NCBI GenBank assembly: GCA_963675915.1
Contig: OY780959.1
Span: forward strand, 2,400,001-2,432,000
DNA from: Coprobacillaceae bacterium
GTDB lineage: Bacteria; Bacillota_I; Bacilli_A; Erysipelotrichales; Coprobacillaceae
DNA: 32,000 nucleotides
Direction of reading: 5' to 3'
Part shown: piece by piece, positions 8,461-18,396 of the stretch
Numbering within the stretch: the stretch's first letter is position 1
How the letters are laid out: every line of letters starts with the position of its first letter
The notes under the pieces: model-generated
The model's database searches: none
What the model saw: the letters and a program-made list of their open reading frames with translations, nothing else
Told to the model about the DNA's origin: nothing
Translations under genes and position numbers: made by a program

Positions 8461-10133
8461 GGTAGTGTCAAACAGGTATGAAAAGTATGATTAATTTGTT
8501 ATGGAGTTGTTGATGATGTAATCATTGGCCATAGCGATAATCATATTCCATTTTCTAGGCATGTTGGTCACACCTTCGAATGATTCCAGTTTAACTGGAG
8601 GACTGTATTCCAAAGAACTATGCTTCCTGAGGAAATTAAAGTATGTGGTAAACAGACACATGAATTCATTTGCTTTGTTTAAATCCGCAAATCCATTCTT
8701 TACGTAATAAGAAAACTTGAATGTTCTGTTCAATCTTTCAATTATCTGCTTTTGAGGTCGGTAAATCTTTGAAGCTTCATCCTTGTTTTCTAAACCTATT
8801 ACCTGATGGACTTTGAATTTCCTGTCTTGCAATAGGAAATATTGTTGAGCGGCAAGATAGATTGGATTGCCATCAACTACAAAACTCAAGCCTTCGGGAA
8901 TGGCGGTAAACTTTCTGAGTACTGAATAGTAGGCTTGGATAGCTGAAAAGGTATCTCTTTTCATAAAGATATTATATGAAGTGATTATCTTCTTGATGCT
9001 GTCACACATGAAAAAGACATAGGCTTTGTTACCGTTGATTTTAACGTAGGTTTCATCACCGCATTGATCTGGTGTCAATTCACCGTATTGGTAATTGTCT
9101 AACCAGGGGTTGATTAGACAGCTTGCCGCTTCGGCGTAATTGGCAACGGTTTGGTGAGATACATCGACATCATGTACTTCTTTGAGAATCAATGCAGTTT
9201 TTCTTAGGGATAGTCCATAATTGATGTGATACGTGAGGATTAAACCTAGTATTTCCTTAGAATTTTTGATTCTGGATAGTTGAACTATTGAAGGGGTAAT
9301 AGTCGCCTGGAGCTGTTCTAGTTGTTCTATGGACGCACTAAAAACCCTAGTAATATAGCGAAGTTTGAAAGCGGATGGATTCTTCTTGTATAGCTTTTTC
9401 TCTTGTTTACTAAGGGAGCGGATATTGTGTTTGTAGTAGGTGCATTCTCTGTTTGAGCATCGATATACTGTGAAATGATCTCTGACATGATGAGGGTCGA
9501 GTTTCCGACCGCAGTAAGGACAGTGATGTGCAACTTGTTGGATATAAGGTTTCCCGGGAATAAAAGTTGTATCACAAACCTTGCAGCGACACTGCTGGGA
9601 GATTTTTCCGGACTTGTTGTCATAAAGATATTCGTAAGGAGCACCGCAGTGAGGGCAGACAGTATCTTTGGGTATGTTTAAAGGAACTCGTCTATTTATA
9701 GGTTTGGGCGAGCGACCGTTATGCTTTGATTTGTAGATTTCAACAGCTTTAGAGAATGTGATTGGAAGATTTTCTTCTTTGATGAGAGGAACCGGATCAA
9801 CTTTGAATTTGCGGTATTGTTCGCCCATTATTAAAGTATCAGGATCTTTGGGAAGAAATTTCATCAAAAAGCATTCGAATTTGAAAGAAATTTTATTGAC
9901 AATATTCAATAATTTGATAATTAGTGATATAATCTTAGCCATGGTAATAGTTCTCCTTTACTTGTGGTTTTGTCACTTACAATTATAGGAGCTATTGCCT
10001 TTTTTGTATATTGAAATGGCTAAGTTATATGTCGATTCCGGAGGGGAGCGACTAAAATAGATAAAAAACCTAGGTAGAATGCGGTTTACCAGTTATTTAA
10101 AGCTATAAATAACTAACTGGTTTTGACACTACC
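8461..10133 (-). mobile_element. IS6-family insertion sequence (long form, Zn-finger-extended transposase)
   Basis: Terminal inverted repeats: GGTAGTGTCAAA (8461-8472) and TTTGACACTACC (10122-10133), 12 of 12 matching, then imperfect. A single DDE transposase ORF lies inside. The 8-bp direct repeats flanking the 1673-bp element match the IS6 hallmark. Confidence 0.85.
8491..9942 (-). CDS. IS6-family DDE transposase with N-terminal zinc-finger region
   Basis: 483 aa. GDETYVKINGNKAYVFFMCD, VVDGNPIY and QIIERLNRTFK align by eye with the IS26 motifs DETYVKV.G...ID, NTDKAPAY and NVIECDHGKLK. The N-terminus has CPHC...CKVC and CPYC...C..REC cysteine pairs. RBS AAAGGAGAA lies before ATG 9942. Confidence 0.85.
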   Translation of the reverse strand: MAKIISLIIKLLNIVNKISFKFECFLMKFLPKDPDTLIMGEQYRKFKVDPVPLIKEENLPITFSKAVEIYKSKHNGRSPKPINRRVPLNIPKDTVCPHCGAPYEYLYDNKSGKISQQCRCKVCDTTFIPGKPYIQQVAHHCPYCGRKLDPHHVRDHFTVYRCSNRECTYYKHNIRSLSKQEKKLYKKNPSAFKLRYITRVFSASIEQLEQLQATITPSIVQLSRIKNSKEILGLILTYHINYGLSLRKTALILKEVHDVDVSHQTVANYAEAASCLINPWLDNYQYGELTPDQCGDETYVKINGNKAYVFFMCDSIKKIITSYNIFMKRDTFSAIQAYYSVLRKFTAIPEGLSFVVDGNPIYLAAQQYFLLQDRKFKVHQVIGLENKDEASKIYRPQKQIIERLNRTFKFSYYVKNGFADLNKANEFMCLFTTYFNFLRKHSSLEYSPPVKLESFEGVTNMPRKWNMIIAMANDYIINNSITN

Positions 10134-10141
10134 CTGTTTGC
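10134..10141. repeat. Right copy of the 8-bp target-site duplication CTGTTTGC
   Basis: Identical to 8453-8460 and directly abuts the right IS end. Confidence 0.85.
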
Positions 10142-10155
10142 AAGGAGGGGAAAAA

Positions 10156-10797
10156 ATGAGCGTAAGGAAAATATTTTGGGAAGATCCTTATCTTAGTAGC
10201 ATCAAAGCAAAAATAACTGATGTCAAGGATAATGCGGTGACTCTTGATCAAACTGTGGCATTCGCCTTTTCTGGCGGACAGCAGTCTGATTTTGGGACTA
10301 TCGGGGGCTATCGGATTATTGAAGCTAGAAAAGACGGTTTGGAAATATATTATACAATCGAGAACAGTCATGATTTGAGCGTCGGACAGGAAGTGACGGT
10401 TGCGATTGATTGGGAAAAACGCTATCGGATTATGAAATTGCACTTTGCAGCCGAAATAGTTTTGGAATTGGTATACCAGAATTACGGTGAACCGGAGAAA
10501 ATCGGGGCCAACATAACTTGCGAAAAGTCCAGGGTGGATTTTTACTGGGATGGTAACATTAGTGATATTTTCCCTGATCTGGCCCAAAAAGCTCAAGCGA
10601 TCATCGCTAGTGACCAACCAATTGAGTGTGGCTTTGAGGATGTTAATAGGCAGAAGCGCTATTGGAAACTTGAGGGCTTTGCGAAAGTTCCTTGTGGCGG
10701 GACTCATATCAAGAAAACCGGAGAAATCGGGTCTATCGCGTTCAAGCGGAAAAATATCGGAAGGGGCAAAGAGCGGATTGAAATCTATCTTAAATAA
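10156..10797 (+). CDS. AlaX-like Ala/Thr-tRNA synthetase editing-domain (tRNA_SAD) protein
   Basis: ORF 10123-10797. Preferred start is ATG 10156 after AAGGAGGGG (10142-10150). It has an N-terminal barrel-like region and the CGGTH motif (PCGGTHIKKTGEIG). The first metal motif reads HFAAE where HxxxH is expected. Confidence 0.7.
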   Translation: MSVRKIFWEDPYLSSIKAKITDVKDNAVTLDQTVAFAFSGGQQSDFGTIGGYRIIEARKDGLEIYYTIENSHDLSVGQEVTVAIDWEKRYRIMKLHFAAEIVLELVYQNYGEPEKIGANITCEKSRVDFYWDGNISDIFPDLAQKAQAIIASDQPIECGFEDVNRQKRYWKLEGFAKVPCGGTHIKKTGEIGSIAFKRKNIGRGKERIEIYLK

Positions 10798-10804
10798 ATG
10801 ATTG

Positions 10805-10827
10805 AAAAGGGGGCAGTACCCTTTTTT
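10805..10827 (+). terminator. Weak rho-independent terminator
   Basis: AAAAGGG, loop ggcagta, then CCCTTTTTT. The stem is short. Confidence 0.4.
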
Positions 10828-10847
10828 GACGATAGTTCAAAAAGGCC

Positions 10848-10883
10848 TTGACGTTAAACTGCACTTCGGGTGTATAGTTTAAC
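10848..10883 (+). promoter_or_regulatory. Promoter with 19-bp spacer embedded in a long imperfect palindrome
   Basis: TTGACG (10848-10853), 19-bp spacer, TATAGT (10873-10878). GTTAAACT (10853-10860) is the reverse complement of AGTTTAAC (10876-10883), with inner CAC..GTG pairing. Confidence 0.45.
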
Positions 10884-10906
10884 TGAAAGAATCAGGAGGG
10901 GAAATT

Positions 10907-12034
10907 ATGGAGTATCGAATCAGTAATCAGGGGGACCGGATTTCCACAATCGGAATCGGATCCGCTCATATGCATGAAATCACCAAAGATGGTATCAGGG
11001 AACTTATCGATCTGGCCGAAAAAGAAGGAGTTAATCTGATTGATTTGGCGATGTCTTATCCCGAACCGATGGTCCATATCGGCGCGGCTTTGCAAGGAAG
11101 AAGGGAAAAGTTCTTTTTGCAGATGCATCTGGGGCTGACGTTTCCAGAAGGACAATATCTGCGCAGCCGCGATCTAGATCTGGTCCGGGAATCATTTGAA
11201 AAACAATTGGCGGATTTGGGAACAGACTATGCGGACATCGCGTTTATCCACTGTGTTGATGAACAGGATGATTATGACATTATCATGAAATCGGGAATAA
11301 TCGAATATGCTCAGGAATTGAAGCGGAAAGGAAAAATCAGATACTTGGGATTTGCGTCCCATACGGTGGAAATCTGCCATCAGTTTCTGGAGACCGGTCT
11401 GTTCGACACTTGCTTATTTAGCATCAATGCCGCGTATGACCTCAATCCGGTTGATAATATTCCTTTTGAGGAATTGGACACCAAAGGTAAAGACAAGACG
11501 ATTGGCTCAAGGGAAAGGAGTCGATTCTACCGCGAATGTGATAAAAATCAGGTTGACATCCAGGTCATGAAAGCATATGGCGGTGGAACATTGCTTAAAG
11601 CGGAGAGTTCACCGTTCAATCGGGCAATGACAATCCATCAATGTCTCAAATATGTCCTCGACCGTCCGGCGGTAATGGCGGTCCCGGTTGGAGTCCGGTC
11701 GCTTCAGGATTTCAAGGATGCTTTGGAATACTACCAAGTAAGCGATGAAGAAAAGGACTATTCGTTTATTTCGACGATGCAGCCCAAAGAAATTAAAGGA
11801 ACGTGCGTGTATTGCAATCACTGCCTCCCTTGTCCTCAAGGTATTGATATCGGGGCGGTCCACAAATATCTCGATTTGTATGTCGCCGGCGATGAGTTGG
11901 CCCGGGAACATTATCTCAATTTGACCAAAAGAGCCAAAGACTGCATCTTCTGCGGTTCTTGTGAGAGAAACTGTCCTTTCGGGGTTGATGTCCGTTCTAA
12001 AATGCGTCAAGCAATCGAACTGATGGAACAATAA
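10907..12034 (+). CDS. Aldo/keto reductase fused to a C-terminal 4Fe-4S ferredoxin-type domain
   Basis: 375 aa. An N-terminal AKR-like TIM-barrel region is followed by two cysteine clusters, CVYCNHCLPCP and CIFCGSCERNCP. RBS AGGAGGGG. Confidence 0.75.
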   Translation: MEYRISNQGDRISTIGIGSAHMHEITKDGIRELIDLAEKEGVNLIDLAMSYPEPMVHIGAALQGRREKFFLQMHLGLTFPEGQYLRSRDLDLVRESFEKQLADLGTDYADIAFIHCVDEQDDYDIIMKSGIIEYAQELKRKGKIRYLGFASHTVEICHQFLETGLFDTCLFSINAAYDLNPVDNIPFEELDTKGKDKTIGSRERSRFYRECDKNQVDIQVMKAYGGGTLLKAESSPFNRAMTIHQCLKYVLDRPAVMAVPVGVRSLQDFKDALEYYQVSDEEKDYSFISTMQPKEIKGTCVYCNHCLPCPQGIDIGAVHKYLDLYVAGDELAREHYLNLTKRAKDCIFCGSCERNCPFGVDVRSKMRQAIELMEQ

Positions 12035-12047
12035 TATTTCTTTAACG

Positions 12048-12085
12048 GCATTTGGATGATTGACTGTCATTTAAATGCTTTTTTT
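12048..12085 (+). terminator. Rho-independent terminator
   Basis: GCATTT..ATGA pairs with TCAT..AAATGC (12048-12078), followed by T7. Confidence 0.6.
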
Positions 12086-12181
12086 ATGGGATTCAATTCC
12101 CGGTTTTAAGCTTTGGTGGTATAATTAGCCCATAGGATCATCTTGTGTAGTAAAGAAACTATCATGAAAGGAGCAGGAATA

Positions 12182-12697
12182 ATGCCATTAAAAATTGTTT
12201 TTGGCGATATCACCAAGATGAAGGTCGATGCCATAGTTAATGCCGCCAACCATACTCTGTTGGGTGGTGGGGGAGTTGACGGGGCGATCCATCGGGCAGC
12301 CGGAAGTGAACTTTTGGAAGAATGTCGCAAATTGAACGGATGTCCAACTGGCGAAGCGAAAATCACCAAGGGTTATCAGTTGCCGGCTGGTCATGTAATT
12401 CATACAGTCGGACCGGTCTGGCGCGGCGGAACTAATAATGAAGAAGCGTTGTTGAAATCATGCTATCGAAATTCGATGATGATAGCCAAAGAACATCATT
12501 TTCAAAGCATTGCTTTTCCGCTGATATCTTCGGGGGTATATGGATATCCCAAAGCTCAGGCTTTGCAGGTGGCGATTGATACGATTGAAAACAACCTGCC
12601 TTCGCCTGAGTTTGAGGCATATCTGGTTCTTTTTAGTGAATCCGGATATCTCGACAATCCCCAACTGGCCGGAATTATCGAGGGATATCTTGTTTAG
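12182..12697 (+). CDS. Macro-domain protein (O-acetyl-ADP-ribose deacetylase/YmdB-like)
   Basis: ORF 12143-12697. Preferred start is ATG 12182 after [41 protein letters not shown] and [12 protein letters not shown] are canonical macro-domain motifs. Confidence 0.85.
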   Translation: MPLKIVFGDITKMKVDAIVNAANHTLLGGGGVDGAIHRAAGSELLEECRKLNGCPTGEAKITKGYQLPAGHVIHTVGPVWRGGTNNEEALLKSCYRNSMMIAKEHHFQSIAFPLISSGVYGYPKAQALQVAIDTIENNLPSPEFEAYLVLFSESGYLDNPQLAGIIEGYLV

Positions 12698-12788
12698 TGA
12701 AATGACCGGGGCTGGAGTTTTAGTTTGTTTGACGGGATTGATGAGGAAAGAAGCCGGTCGCAGTGACCGCTAAAAAAGGAGAGTTGCT

Positions 12789-13580
12789 ATGGGAATGTTA
12801 CTGAGTAGATTGTTGATTGTGGTACTTGAGGAGGATCTGGGTTCGACCAATTATCATATCGCCAAAAGCATTTTGGAGAATTTTGATAATATTTCCAATC
12901 TGACAATCGGCCAAGTTGCCGCTTTGTGCAGTGTCTCAAAATCGACGATTTCGAAATTTATCCGTAAAATTGGATTCGATGATTATTTTGAGTTCCGTGA
13001 TGCAATTCCCAATGTGCCCCATAGCCGTTACAGTTACAATAATAATGTGATGAGCTACCTTGAAAGCAATGACTTTGGTGAATATGTCGACTTGATTACA
13101 TTTGATTTGAAGCTGCTAAAAGAGTCGATAGAAGCTTCCAATGCGTCGAGATTGGCGGCTGATATCGCCAAATATGAAAGAGTGGCAGCGTTTGGATTAC
13201 TGTTTTCCCAGACGGCGGCAATCGATCTTCAAATCAAACTGGCATATAATGACAAATTCATTTTTACCAGCCTCAATGATGTCAAACAGCAGCAATTTAT
13301 TGAAAATGCCGACGAAGAAACCCTGATTATCATCTTTTCGCATTCCGGTGAGTATATCCTGAAGCATCAGATGCTTGAAGGCGATGTCGCCAAAAGCGTT
13401 TTCGACAAGACTGCGGCCAAGGTTGTGGTAATCACATCCAACCAAGAACTGGCCAATGACAGCCGGGTTGATTATTGTGTCGAATACGAATGTAGTTCGA
13501 ATATCTCGATCCACAGTACCTTGTACTCCCTGATAACCGACTATATCACGTTGAAATTTAGAGAACATCTTGCAAGATAA
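12789..13580 (+). CDS. RpiR/MurR-family transcriptional regulator (HTH plus SIS domain)
   Basis: 263 aa. LTIGQVAALCSVSKSTISKFIRKIGFDDYFEFRD is an RpiR-type HTH, and a SIS-like C-terminal half follows. RBS AAGGAGAG. Confidence 0.8.
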   Translation: MGMLLSRLLIVVLEEDLGSTNYHIAKSILENFDNISNLTIGQVAALCSVSKSTISKFIRKIGFDDYFEFRDAIPNVPHSRYSYNNNVMSYLESNDFGEYVDLITFDLKLLKESIEASNASRLAADIAKYERVAAFGLLFSQTAAIDLQIKLAYNDKFIFTSLNDVKQQQFIENADEETLIIIFSHSGEYILKHQMLEGDVAKSVFDKTAAKVVVITSNQELANDSRVDYCVEYECSSNISIHSTLYSLITDYITLKFREHLAR

Positions 13581-13602
13581 CCAAATAATTCAATCCTGAA
13601 GC

Positions 13603-13632
13603 AATCCCGTTTTAATCCGACGGGATTTTTTT
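13603..13632 (+). terminator. Rho-independent terminator
   Basis: ATCCCGT (13604-13610) pairs with ACGGGAT (13620-13626), followed by T6. Confidence 0.75.
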
Positions 13633-13712
13633 GGTTTCCAAATTGCGAACTATCTCCGATTTGGCTGAAAATGGATTAAGATATGACTATGAAGTAAGCT
13701 GAATCACGATAA

Positions 13713-15209
<1,497 letters not shown>

Positions 15210-15249
15210 CCTGTAAAGGCGAGTTGTCGGCAAATGAAAGGTTGATATA

Positions 15250-16092
15250 ATGAATTTGATGATATTTGTCTTATGTCTGGTCTGGGGATTCAATTTTGTG
15301 GTCATGAAGTCTGCCAACAGTGCTTTTCCCCCAGTGCTGTTTGCCGCTTATCGGTTCCTGCTGGGTTCGGGAGTCTTGTTTTTGATTGTTCTTATCAAGA
15401 AGATTCCCCTGCCAAGCAAATCCGATTTGAAATGGTATGTTATTTGCGGGATCTTGCAGACGGCCTACTTCAATATGGCGATCCAGGTTTCGCTCAACTA
15501 CGTCAATGCGGGACTGGTCTCGGTTTTGACTTACAGCATGCCGCTGTTTCTCAATATCATGGCCCATTTTGCGATTCCGGATGAACGGCTGACCGTGCGT
15601 AAATTCGCCGGGATAGTCATCGGAATCACCGGATTGGTGCTGGCTTTGAACATCACCACGATTGATGGGAGTATCTGGGCCTTGCTTCTGGCCCTGTCAT
15701 CAGCAGTAGCCTGGGCATTCTCGAATCTGATTATCAAGGTCAAACTGCAAAGTTGTGACAAATTCCAGTTCACTGCCTGGCAGATGGCTATTGGAGCCAC
15801 GTTGCTGCTGGGATACTCATTTGCTTTCGAGAACGGAGTTTCTCACTGGAGTTTGATGTCGCTTGGCTATATCCTGTTTTCCGGAGTTATCGCCTCGGCG
15901 TTTGCCTTTGTCTTGTGGACATATATCCTGACTAAAATCAAGGCCGGAAAAGCCTCGATCTATCTTCTGATGGTTCCGGTGGTCGGAATCATCTCAAGTT
16001 ACCTGTTTTTAAACGAAACCTTGGAACTGGTTGCCCTGATTGGGATCTTGCTGGTTCTGGGGGGGATTGTAATCGTCAATTGGAAAGACTGA
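15250..16092 (+). CDS. EamA/DMT-superfamily permease
   Basis: 280 aa with about 10 TM segments and two repeated EamA-like halves. It starts 40 nt after the GH1 gene. Confidence 0.75.
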   Translation: MNLMIFVLCLVWGFNFVVMKSANSAFPPVLFAAYRFLLGSGVLFLIVLIKKIPLPSKSDLKWYVICGILQTAYFNMAIQVSLNYVNAGLVSVLTYSMPLFLNIMAHFAIPDERLTVRKFAGIVIGITGLVLALNITTIDGSIWALLLALSSAVAWAFSNLIIKVKLQSCDKFQFTAWQMAIGATLLLGYSFAFENGVSHWSLMSLGYILFSGVIASAFAFVLWTYILTKIKAGKASIYLLMVPVVGIISSYLFLNETLELVALIGILLVLGGIVIVNWKD

Positions 16093-16097
16093 TTAAT

Positions 16098-16134
16098 AAA
16101 GGAAGGCCGTAATCATTTCGGCCTTCCTTTTGAT
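16098..16134 (+). terminator. Rho-independent terminator
   Basis: AAAGGAAGGCCG (16098-16109) pairs with CGGCCTTCCTTT (16119-16130), followed by TTG. Confidence 0.8.
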
Positions 16135-16246
16135 TTATCTTGATTTTATCAACCATTCTTGTTAGTTGACTGAGCATGTGCTAAAATTGAATTGAGGAAA
16201 GGTTGCAAATTGTGAATGTTTGTAAAAATGGAATGGAGATGATTTT

Positions 16247-16717
16247 ATGCCGCGAGTGACAGATATTCATTTATTAAAACAGGAAAAACAAAATGCCTTG
16301 GTTATCAAACACAAAACAAGTATCCAACAGTTGCCGGGATTGATCGGGGAGAGTTATCAGAAACTGGGGGCGTATCTAGGCGAAATCAATGAAACTCTCA
16401 GTGATGTGCCGTTTGTGGCCTATCATAATATGGATATGGAAAATCTGGAGGTTGAAATCGGTTTTCCTGTTGCCAGTAAATTGCAGGGCAAGGGGGAAAT
16501 CCAAGTAGGAGAAATTGCAGCCGGATACAAAATTTTCTGTATTTATCGGGGCAGTTACGCTCAGTTGGAAACCGTGTATCAGGAGTTGCAGGAATGGATG
16601 GACAGCAATGGCTATGAGATGGTATTGCCGTCATATGAATACTATTATAATGGCCCTGATTGTCCGGAAGAGGAATTGTTGACCCGGATCTTGATACCGG
16701 TGCAACGAAAAAAATAA
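16247..16717 (+). CDS. GyrI-like small-molecule-binding domain protein
   Basis: 156 aa. The pattern of ligand-binding beta/alpha repeats (PFVAYHNMDMENLEVEIGFPV ... YEYYYNGPD...TRILIPV) is typical of GyrI/AraC-effector-binding domains. Confidence 0.65.
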   Translation: MPRVTDIHLLKQEKQNALVIKHKTSIQQLPGLIGESYQKLGAYLGEINETLSDVPFVAYHNMDMENLEVEIGFPVASKLQGKGEIQVGEIAAGYKIFCIYRGSYAQLETVYQELQEWMDSNGYEMVLPSYEYYYNGPDCPEEELLTRILIPVQRKK

Positions 16718-16748
16718 GATCAGGACCAATAAGGAGAGGTGAATAGGA

Positions 16749-17750
16749 ATGAATGATAAAATCTATTTACTGACAGGCGGAACGGGGAATTTGGGGAGTA
16801 ATGTCTCCAAGGCTTTGATAGATGGCGGGGAACGGGTGAGGGCGCTGATTAGGCAAAAATCAATTGCCAAGGCGTACCCCGGAGTGGAAATTGCCATCGG
16901 TGATGTCCGAGATCAGGAATCGCTGGAAAAATTTTTTGAAGTTGAAGCTGGATTGGATGTATATGTCATCCACTGTGCCAGTATTGTGACGATGGATCCG
17001 GATTTCAGTCAGTTAGTCTATGATGTTAACGTCACCGGAACCCAAAACATAATTGACCAATGTCTCAAACACCGAGTCAAAAAACTTGTCTATATCAGTT
17101 CGACTGGAGCAATACCGGAATTGCCACCGGGAAACAAGATTGTCGAGGTTGATCATTTCGATCCGGACAAAGTGGTCGGCTATTACAGTGTCACCAAGGC
17201 GATGGCCAGCCAGCAGGTGCTTGATGCCGTTAGGGAATATGACCTGGATGCTTCGCTGATTCATCCTAGCGGGATATTCGGTCCCTATGATTTTGGGCTT
17301 AGCCTGGTGACTCAAAATATCATTGATGTCGCCAAAGGAAAAGTACCTTTTGGAATCGAAGGAACTTTCAATGCGGTTGATGTCCGCGATCTGGCAGCTG
17401 GAATCATTTCCTGCTGTGAAAAAGGCCGCAAAGGGGAATGTTACATTTTAAGCAATGAAACTGCGACCATGATGGAACTTTATGATGAGGTTACCAAATG
17501 GAGTGGGACCAAACCAATCAAACTGGTTATTCCAATCTGGTTGGCAAGGATCGTTGCTTTTATTGGCGGAATCATCAGTAAAATCACCAAGGAGCCGGCC
17601 ATGATCACTACTTTCATGATTTATAATCTGGTGAGAAACAATGATTTTGACAGTTCCAAAGCCCAAAAAGAGCTTGGTTTCTTTTCCCGCCCGTTCTCGA
17701 AGACAATCGAAGATGAAGTGGCCTGGTTAAAAGAAGAAGGACTGATTTGA
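16749..17750 (+). CDS. NAD(P)-dependent epimerase/dehydratase-family SDR (dihydroflavonol/cinnamoyl-CoA reductase-like)
   Basis: 333 aa. Rossmann motif LTGGTGNLGSN and catalytic YSVTK (YxxxK). RBS AAGGAGAGG. Confidence 0.8.
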   Translation: MNDKIYLLTGGTGNLGSNVSKALIDGGERVRALIRQKSIAKAYPGVEIAIGDVRDQESLEKFFEVEAGLDVYVIHCASIVTMDPDFSQLVYDVNVTGTQNIIDQCLKHRVKKLVYISSTGAIPELPPGNKIVEVDHFDPDKVVGYYSVTKAMASQQVLDAVREYDLDASLIHPSGIFGPYDFGLSLVTQNIIDVAKGKVPFGIEGTFNAVDVRDLAAGIISCCEKGRKGECYILSNETATMMELYDEVTKWSGTKPIKLVIPIWLARIVAFIGGIISKITKEPAMITTFMIYNLVRNNDFDSSKAQKELGFFSRPFSKTIEDEVAWLKEEGLI

Positions 17751-17756
17751 TTTATC

Positions 17757-17787
17757 GAAGAACCGATTTCAATATCGGTTCTTTTTG
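17757..17787 (+). terminator. Rho-independent terminator
   Basis: GAAGAACCGAT pairs with ATCGGTTCTT (17757-17783), followed by a T run. Confidence 0.8.
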
Positions 17788-17943
17788 ACAACTGCTGATT
17801 TGAAAAAATGCCTGAATTTGCGGGGAAATTACAAGTTAGGGCTTGACATGGAGTGCGCTTTAGGATGTATCTTAATAATAGCAGTTCATAAAAAGGGCAA
17901 AAACTGGTATAATCAAGTTAAATTGGAAACGGAGGGTGGTATA

Positions 17944-18270
17944 ATGGAAAAAGAAAGCAAACCAAGTCCTGAGCATGTCCATGACCACAATGGCGTAACG
18001 CACCATCATAACCACCAAAGTACCAAGTTGGTGTTGAATCGACTGTCCCGGGCGTCGGGTCATCTTGATTCGGTCAAGCGGATGGTTGAAGACGGCAAGG
18101 ATTGTACTGACGTTTTGATTCAGCTTTCGGCGGTAATTTCGGCTTTGACCAATACCGGCAAGGTAATTTTAAAAGACCATATGGAACACTGTATTGTCGA
18201 TGCGGTGGAACATGGCGACAAAGAAGCGGTCGACAATCTGGTCAAGGCAATCGATTTGTTTGTCAAATAA
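17944..18270 (+). CDS. CsoR/RcnR/InrS-family metal-sensing transcriptional repressor with His-rich N-terminus
   Basis: ORF 17785-18270. Preferred start is ATG 17944 after GGAGGGTGG. LNRLSRASGHLDSVKRMVEDGKDCTDVLIQLSAV...DHMEHCIV provides the Cys ... His-x3-Cys ligand set. The N-terminal tract is EHVHDHNGVTHHHNH. Confidence 0.8.
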   Translation: MEKESKPSPEHVHDHNGVTHHHNHQSTKLVLNRLSRASGHLDSVKRMVEDGKDCTDVLIQLSAVISALTNTGKVILKDHMEHCIVDAVEHGDKEAVDNLVKAIDLFVK

Positions 18271-18396
18271 GATTAGAACGGTAATAAATAGTCAAATTAG
18301 TGGTGGGAAATCTGCAAATATATCCCCATACCCGGGTTGAAATCAGAATACTAATAGTGTAGGTTATAATTAAATCATAAAAGGGAGGTTTATCTT

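Noticed and set aside
10123-10128. Outward-facing TTGACA in the right IS terminal repeat, considered as a hybrid promoter for the AlaX-like gene (as described for IS26/IS257).
   Set aside because: No -10-like hexamer lies 16-19 bp downstream; that position is occupied by the GGAGGGG RBS. The ATG is only 28 nt away, so a functional hybrid promoter is not supported by the sequence.
18271-18396. Cobalamin riboswitch or NikR operator upstream of cbiM.
   Set aside because: The spacer is only 126 nt, with no B12-box-like sequence or extended conserved stems. I could not find a NikR-type GTATGA-N16-TCATAC-like dyad.
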